Notes under the pieces: generated by a model
The model's input: only the letters and a program-made list of their open reading frames with translations
Told to the model about the DNA's origin: nothing
Databases searched by the model: none
Assembly (NCBI GenBank): GCA_934648845.1
Contig: CAKUFS010000052.1
Span: 1 to 6,405 of the forward strand
From: an uncultured Eggerthellaceae bacterium
Lineage (GTDB): Bacteria; Actinomycetota; Coriobacteriia; Coriobacteriales; Eggerthellaceae
DNA: 6,405 nucleotides
Direction: 5' to 3'
Position numbers and translations under genes: made by a program
Part shown: positions 4,915 to 6,405 of the stretch, in pieces
Layout of the letters: every line of letters starts with the position of its first letter
How positions within the stretch are numbered: position 1 is the stretch's first letter

Positions 4915-6405
4915 TTACAGATCCAAGCTGTCCTGCTTCGAGGAATTTTGCGCCTTACGGGCAAAACGAATAAGGAATTCTTGGTTCGTTTCAGTTTGCT
5001 TGATGGATTTTACCAAAGTATCCATCGCGCGCTCCGTATTGTTCAAGTTTGCAAGAACACGGCGCACTGCCCAGATAAGCGGCGCCTCTTGCGGGTCAAG
5101 CAACAGCTCTTCCTTACGCGTGCCCGACGTAATGGGATCAATCGCAGGGAAGATACGCTTGTCGGCCAACGTGCGGTCAAGCCTGAGCTCCATGTTGCCC
5201 GTACCCTTGAACTCCTCGAAGATAACTTCGTCCATCTTGGAACCGGTATCAACCAGCGCCGTGCCCAAAATAGTCAAGCTGCCGCCGTTTTCAATGTTGC
5301 GGGCGGCGCCCAAGAAACGTTTCGGCGGATACAGAGCGCTTGAATCGACACCGCCGGACAAGATACGGCCCGAAGCGGGCGTGCCCATGTTGTAAGCGCG
5401 CGCCAAACGCGTGATGGAGTCCAGCAGGATCACCACATCGCGCCCTTGTTCTACCAGGCGTTTTGCGCGTTCGATTACAAGCTCTGCCACGGCAATATGG
5501 TTTTCGCACGGCTTATCAAACGTGGAAGAAATCACTTCGCCCTTGATAGAGCGCTCCATATCGGTCACTTCTTCGGGGCGTTCGTCAACCAGAAGGCACA
5601 TCAAGTGAACTTCAGGGTTATTCGCAGAAATCGCGGCAGCAATATCTTTGAGAACCGTGGTCTTGCCCGCTTTCGGCGGAGACACAATCAAACCACGCTG
5701 CCCCTTGCCAATGGGCGACACCAAGTCGATGACGCGCGCCGTGGTGGTGCTCTTACCGTGTTCCATGATTAAGCGCTCATCGGGGTAAATCGGCGTCAAA
5801 TCGGCAAAGCGAACGCGTCCTCCCAGTTCATCGGCGGGAGTATCGTTCACGCTGATGACTTTCTGGATGGCGGCATACTTCTCGTTTCCCTGCGCGGGGC
5901 GCGTCAAGCCCACCACGTAATCGCCTTTACGCAGGCCGTTGCGACGGATGATGGAAAGGCTCACGTACGCATCGCCTTCGCTGGGCAGATAGCCCTTAGC
6001 ACGCAAGAAGCCATAGCCATCGTTCATGATGTCCAGAATACCAGTGACCTCGATAATGCCCTCGGCCTTGCACAGCGCCTCGAACACGACATCAACCAGC
6101 TCGGCCTTGCGATAACCCGATGCGTCAATGCTGTACTCAGCAGCCTTTTCACGCAGGTCGCCCACTTTCATCTCGGAAAGCTCATCACGCGAAATGCTGG
6201 GCAAAACTTCGCGGCTGCCATGTTGACGACGCTGGCGGCGATGGTCGCGATCAAACGATCCCTTGTTATTGGCCTTGTTCTGGCTCTGATTGTTCTGACC
6301 TTGCTGATTTTGGCCGTTGCCCTTATCGGAGGAACCTTGGTTTTGGTTCTGATTTTGATTCTGCTTCGGACGTTTTTTGTTGTTGTTGCCGTTGCGCTCG
6401 TTGTT
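4915..6405 (-). CDS. rho: Transcription termination factor Rho; frame open to the right window edge (5'-partial), with an N/Q/K/R-rich low-complexity N-terminal extension
   Basis: The ORF is near-colinear with E. coli Rho. It has the Rho_N helix bundle (ELSEMKVGDLREKAAEY), the OB-fold RNA-binding motifs DGYGFLR and RRNGLRKGD, and Walker A PPKAGKT (nt 5679..5659). It also has LLVDERPEEV and the ITRLARAYN, ALVDTGSKMDEVIFEEFKGTGNMEL and SGTRKEELL blocks. The stop is TAA at 4917..4915. The track starts the ORF at a TTG (6204), but the same frame has no stop for the 67 codons up to position 6405 and contains no ATG/GTG/TTG there. The true start is therefore either beyond the window (favoured) or the TTG at 6204. 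Confidence 0.93.
   Translation of the reverse strand, partial: NNERNGNNNKKRPKQNQNQNQNQGSSDKGNGQNQQGQNNQSQNKANNKGSFDRDHRRQRRQHGSREVLPSISRDELSEMKVGDLREKAAEYSIDASGYRKAELVDVVFEALCKAEGIIEVTGILDIMNDGYGFLRAKGYLPSEGDAYVSLSIIRRNGLRKGDYVVGLTRPAQGNEKYAAIQKVISVNDTPADELGGRVRFADLTPIYPDERLIMEHGKSTTTARVIDLVSPIGKGQRGLIVSPPKAGKTTVLKDIAAAISANNPEVHLMCLLVDERPEEVTDMERSIKGEVISSTFDKPCENHIAVAELVIERAKRLVEQGRDVVILLDSITRLARAYNMGTPASGRILSGGVDSSALYPPKRFLGAARNIENGGSLTILGTALVDTGSKMDEVIFEEFKGTGNMELRLDRTLADKRIFPAIDPITSGTRKEELLLDPQEAPLIWAVRRVLANLNNTERAMDTLVKSIKQTETNQEFLIRFARKAQNSSKQDSLDL
6337..6363 (-). repeat. In-frame hexanucleotide tandem repeat (CAR-AAY)x4 encoding QNQNQNQNQ within the Rho N-terminal low-complexity segment
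   Basis: The minus strand reads CAG AAT CAA AAT CAG AAC CAA AAC CAA. These are four imperfect 6-nt units plus a trailing CAA, in the rho frame. Confidence 0.6.

Noticed and set aside
3116-4973. Multiple ORFs inside the metG region: plus-strand (antisense) 3116..3490 through 4813..5343, and minus-strand out-of-frame 3556..3738, 4060..4332 and 4438..4665
   Set aside because: All are antisense to, or out of frame with, the strongly supported metG (and rho 3' end) coding sequences. None has a recognisable domain signature.
5000-5772. ORFs within the rho coding region (5000..5395 +, 5043..5252 -, 5291..5509 -, 5411..5608 +, 5446..5772 +)
   Set aside because: They are shadow ORFs of the highly conserved rho gene, with no independent support.
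6202-6204. TTG at 6204 as the true rho start, as implied by the ORF track
   Set aside because: This is not fully excluded, because it would give an E. coli-like N-terminus. It is disfavoured for three reasons: there is no SD upstream, the frame stays open for 67 more codons, and that stretch encodes a coherent N/Q/K/R/G-rich disordered sequence typical of Rho N-terminal extensions. It is kept as the alternative hypothesis in the rho finding.
1-6405. Mobile elements, CRISPR arrays, tRNA/rRNA genes, and defence or toxin-antitoxin modules
   Set aside because: No direct-repeat/spacer periodicity, terminal inverted repeats flanking a transposase, integrase-like ORFs or cloverleaf-sized conserved RNA segments were seen. 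The four intergenic gaps are 95-175 bp and are accounted for by promoters, terminators and hairpins.

Overview
The window is 6.4 kb, moderately GC-rich (mid-50s % by eye) and tightly packed with five housekeeping genes. They are the 5' end of glutamate racemase murI (minus, runs off the left edge), a YbaK/EbsC-type Cys-tRNA(Pro) deacylase (plus), a membrane-anchored YkuD-type L,D-transpeptidase (minus), methionyl-tRNA synthetase (minus), and transcription termination factor Rho (minus, frame still open at the right edge). The remaining ORFs in the six-frame track are antisense or overlapping shadows of these genes. I see no tRNA or rRNA, CRISPR array, transposase, integrase, or toxin- or defence-like genes. 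I therefore do not find evidence for a novel multi-gene system; this reads as an ordinary core-genome region, possibly from a Coriobacteriia-like actinobacterium (low-confidence inference from protein features). The observations worth a second look are small-scale. (1) The Rho frame continues to the window edge through an Asn/Gln-rich, prion-like low-complexity segment lying N-terminal to the Rho_N domain. (2) An intrinsic-terminator-like hairpin plus U-tract on the minus strand sits in the divergent murI/ybaK gap, with no upstream gene to terminate and a competing alternative hairpin. (3) Two perfect AT-rich palindromes lie in the convergent ybaK/ldt gap. (4) The MetRS has a KMSKS-loop variant (K-A-S-S-S) and an altered zinc knuckle. 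(5) murI has a possibly leaderless start. All coordinates and motifs were read by hand from the sequence. No folding energies, database searches or alignments were run.
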